From: Octopus vulgaris
Lineage: Eukaryota
Direction of reading: 5' to 3'
NCBI GenBank assembly: GCA_951406725.2
Contig: OX597840.1
Location: forward strand, 5,704,001-5,768,000
Length of the DNA stretch: 64,000 bases
Below are positions 60,693-64,000 of the stretch, piece after piece. The position numbers and the translations under genes were made by a program. The stretch's first letter is position 1. Each line of letters begins with the position of its first letter. The notes under the pieces are model-generated. The model saw only the letters and a program-made list of their open reading frames with translations, did not search any database and had not been told where the DNA came from.

Positions 60693-61935
60693 TTAACCAA
60701 AATTTCTGTTTCTTTCGATGTTAAACACAGTGTGAATGAAATTGTAGATGTGACGTTCACCTGGCAACTGTTCCAGAAGTTTGATATTCAAATCATCAAA
60801 CACCACATTCTTTAAAGCTAAAATGGCACGGGTTTCCAGCCAGCTGTGGTCTGTAAACTGATTCCTCAGGTTAGGAAACGCCTTATTCATTATTTCTTTT
60901 AAATCAGATACCATGTGTCCAAAAAGCGAGCTTACCTGGCCATCCTTCTCGTCAACCGAAGTGCCATTACCGACGTCCAACAATTGCTTTGAAGAGGTTC
61001 TGTCTGTATCATCACCACTGAGATACAGTCTCACGTTGGTTGTGAGTCTCAGCTTTTGCACACTGCTCCATAGGTAGGACGACTTTATACTGACATTTAC
61101 CTCATCAGCACTTGTCCCCTTTGGAACCACCGGAAGGGCTTGTCTAAAGTGTCCTGCAAACAAGACTGTGGCACCTCCCATGAACCTTGTGTCATGTCTC
61201 AGATCCTGAAGGGCCATGTCAAGAGCTTCAAAGGAAACCTTATGGCCCATTGTCGCCTCATCCCAGATGGTCAACATGCATTCACCCAGAAGTTTGCCTT
61301 TTATATAACCACGACTGATGTTGCAGTTTGCCTTCTCTTTCTTGGACAGGTCCAAAGGGAGTTTGAAACAGGAATAAGCTATGGGGCCACCACTTAGCAG
61401 AGTTGCGGCTATTCCACTTGACGCCACTGCTATGGTAATGTGTTTCATTTGGTACAGTTTAACCAGAAGAAGGTCGATGGCAAACGCATTGCCAGTTCCA
61501 CCTAGCGCATTCAGAAAGAAAATACCTCCTCTTTCACTTTCAGTGCTCGAAATAATGGTCTTATAAACACACAGTTGGTCCTCCATCAGTTTGTGTTCGT
61601 TGTCAGCTATATACGCCATCATTTCTTCGATGTCATAGCTGATTTCTCACAGGTGCTCAATTGTGAGATTGTTTGCTGCCTGTTCCGGTTGAGGCAGACC
61701 AAATATGGCAATGCCTTGACCTCCCACTCGAGTGTCCAGATCAAGTAATTCCTCATTGTAAATGGCGTTATTAAATGTGGCAATTTCCGCTGAGGTTTGC
61801 CTTTGAATCTTTTATATTTTCTGGTGGCTTCAGAACTACGTTTCGTGCATTGTCTTCTGTGAAATATACATGCTGTGGTAAATCTATCCGTACATCTTGA
61901 AAATGTCCAGCGTGTATATTTCACAGAAGACAATG
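60693..61935 (-). mobile_element. Helitron RepHel fragment (PIF1 helicase pseudogene) with terminal inversion
   Basis: GGTGN (Walker A decayed), ASSGIAATLLSGG, IWDEATM, GHFRQALPV, LTTNVR, RAILA; plus-strand AVVNLSVHLENVQRVYFTEDN at ~61870-61934. Confidence 0.92.
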
Positions 61936-62228
61936 AGATACGGAAGATGGAAGATACGAGAATTTTATTAGTCATTACAATTGTTTCGACCTATCTAGCA
62001 CCGATCCCTCACGGTCGAGATCCTTAACGACTGGTTCAGGAGCATCCGATGGTGCAGATGTCTCCCTTCGGGTGATAAATATAATTTTCGTATCTTTCAT
62101 CTTGCGTCTCTCATTAACCAAATACATAGCGAACACTGTGAAAGTGACCGTGCTTTACCAGTAAGCTACCAGGAATAAACCAGCATGGGCCGACCCGTTA
62201 CCTCATGGGTCTGTTTCCGTTAACTTAC

Positions 62229-62442
62229 GGGTCGGACCACGTCGTTGTATTTACCCGGTGCATATCGCCACAGACTCCCGGCGACTGACGGGATCGGACG
62301 CGGCTACATCCACGTGTACGTGGCGATACCGCGAGCTTAGGTTCATTCTTTCGTGATCGGGCACGGTAGCGCGGCGGAGCTCCAGGCGACTGGCGTAGGC
62401 CTGCCACTGGCGGCCCCAACCTATACTAGCCACAGTTGTCAT
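62229..62442 (-). CDS. Probable upstream exon of the host gene (GWGRQWQAYASRL...HVHVDVAASDPVSRRESVAICTG)
   Basis: Non-repetitive GC/CpG-rich block; donor GTAAGT at 62228; needs one base removed near 62255, or the weaker GTAAAT donor; acceptor at 62420 or 62442 uncertain. Confidence 0.5.
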
Positions 62443-62519
62443 CTTTCGGGAATTTTATTATCTAATGATGATGATGATGATGATCCTTTCTACTGAAGGC
62501 ACAAAAGCTTGAAATTTTG

Positions 62520-62880
62520 GGGGAGGGATATAGTCGATTGCATCAATCCCACTACTTTACTGGTACTTAATTCATTGACCCCGAAAGGATGAGAGGCGAA
62601 ATCGACCTCAGCGGAATTTGAACTCATAATGTAACGGCAGACAAAATACCTATTTCTTTACTACCCACAAGGGGCTACACACAGAGAGAACAAACAAGGA
62701 CAGACAAACGAATTAAGTCGATTATATCGACACCAGTGCATAACTGGTATTTATTTAATCGACCACGAAAGGATGAAAGGCAAAGTCGACCTCAGTAGAA
62801 TTTGAACTCAGAACGTAGTGGCAGACAAAATACCGCTGAGCATTTCGCCCGGCATGCTAACAGTTCTGCCAGCTCACCGA
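62520..62880 (-). mobile_element. SINE-B dimer
   Basis: Family match; same junction near 62645. Confidence 0.88.
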
Positions 62881-62923
62881 CTCAATAATGATAATGATGG
62901 TAATAATAATAGTAATAATAATG

Positions 62924-62971
<48 letters not shown>

Positions 62972-62972
62972 T

Positions 62973-63464
62973 CTAATCTTAACTGATTGGAAGTGTTATC
63001 ATGTACAGTGTTTTGTCTTGGTATAAAAGACGGGCTACTGCAAATATTCTGCTCAATACCACATATTTGCTTGTCAGTTGTTTGACCTTAACCAGTTGAG
63101 CATGTCCCTTAGTGGCTGACGATATGTGCATCTCTGACCACAAGCAGAAGTAGTGGGGGAGCATCATAGTCATGTGTTGAGAGGGATTCTTTGCGGTTTG
63201 AATAATTCACCTCTGTTTCATTCAACATGCGTAAACAACCCTTATTCAGGAACCTTTTGAGCGGAATGGGTTACTCGACCTGAAGAAAATTCTAGCTGGG
63301 CCCCACCTGCAAGGTCATGTGCTGTTTATCTTGATATGAAATCACCATGTCGTGCACATATGGTTGTGATGCATGTGCCTAGTGTACCCTTATCAGATAA
63401 GTATACTGGGCTTCGTATATTTTACCCTAGTGTCACTTTGATGGTATGCACTGCTCTCTCACTC
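62973..63464 (+). mobile_element. Family T, near full length, between (AAT)n tracts
   Basis: Reverse complement of ~1202-1714. Confidence 0.9.
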
Positions 63465-63523
63465 AATAATAATAATAATGATAATGATAACAACAACAAC
63501 AACAATTATAATAATAATAATAT

Positions 63524-64000
63524 CGGCCAAGAAAAGAGAGAGGCCGTGGACTTTTACAACTGGCAATAATAATGAAGATTGCTACAATTGGCCTAGACAC
63601 CTACCTGAAAAACTCTGAGGACTGGATGTTAAAACTTGTCTCAAAACATGAAAACAAGAAAGCATCATACTCAGTAACAAAACAGGCAAAGGAATATCTA
63701 AGTGAATTCCGAATACAACAAATTCCGGAATTAGACATACTATAAACAAGCACAGAAAAAGCTAAACACATGAAAACTCGTGCTAAAACTGCGGCCTTAG
63801 ATATTCTGAATGATAAATGGCCAGAAAAACCTCTCAATGGCAAATATCCAAAGAGAGCGAATAATGCAGATGTTGACAAAGCCCTGACCCATCAATGGCT
63901 AATGGCCTCTGGCTTAAAATCTGAAACAAGGGTTTATCATAGCAGCTCAAGATCAATGCCTACCAACAAGGAACTACCAGGCCAACATATTAAAGAACGG
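63524..64000 (+). mobile_element. R4/Dong-clade LINE fragment (post-RT region), runs off the window
   Basis: PRKERGRGLL...KWPEKPLNGKY...QWLMASGLKSET/GFIIAAQDQCLPTRNY; one stop and frameshifts; starts in (AAT)n. Confidence 0.82.

Noticed and set aside
60693-61622. Cellular PIF1 gene
   Set aside because: Intronless, Walker A lysine lost, truncated and linked to Helitron Rep sequence.

Overview
Repeat-saturated, AT-rich animal genomic DNA. The SINE, LINE and microsatellite inventory looks like a coleoid cephalopod (Octopus); this is recognition from memory, not a search. Most ORFs in the supplied track are microsatellite artefacts. Real content: (1) a minus-strand host gene with three phase-consistent GT-AG exons (46917-46739, 41999-41745, 37087-36866) and a probable upstream exon near 62.3 kb, encoding a caspase/legumain-fold-like protein whose catalytic positions appear substituted and which has an EF-hand-type loop; (2) CR1, RTE, R4/Dong and Penelope retroelements, mariner/maT, Helitron and Merlin-type DNA elements, and five tRNA-type SINE families; (3) a set of small insertions in (TA)n tracts, mostly fold-backs, several carrying type I hammerhead ribozymes. 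The best is a 2.6 x 535-bp tandem array (19487-20914) with two canonical hammerheads, a retrozyme-like circular RNA candidate. Another family has a G3-C8 swapped hammerhead core. All structures were paired by eye and boundaries of degenerate repeats are approximate.
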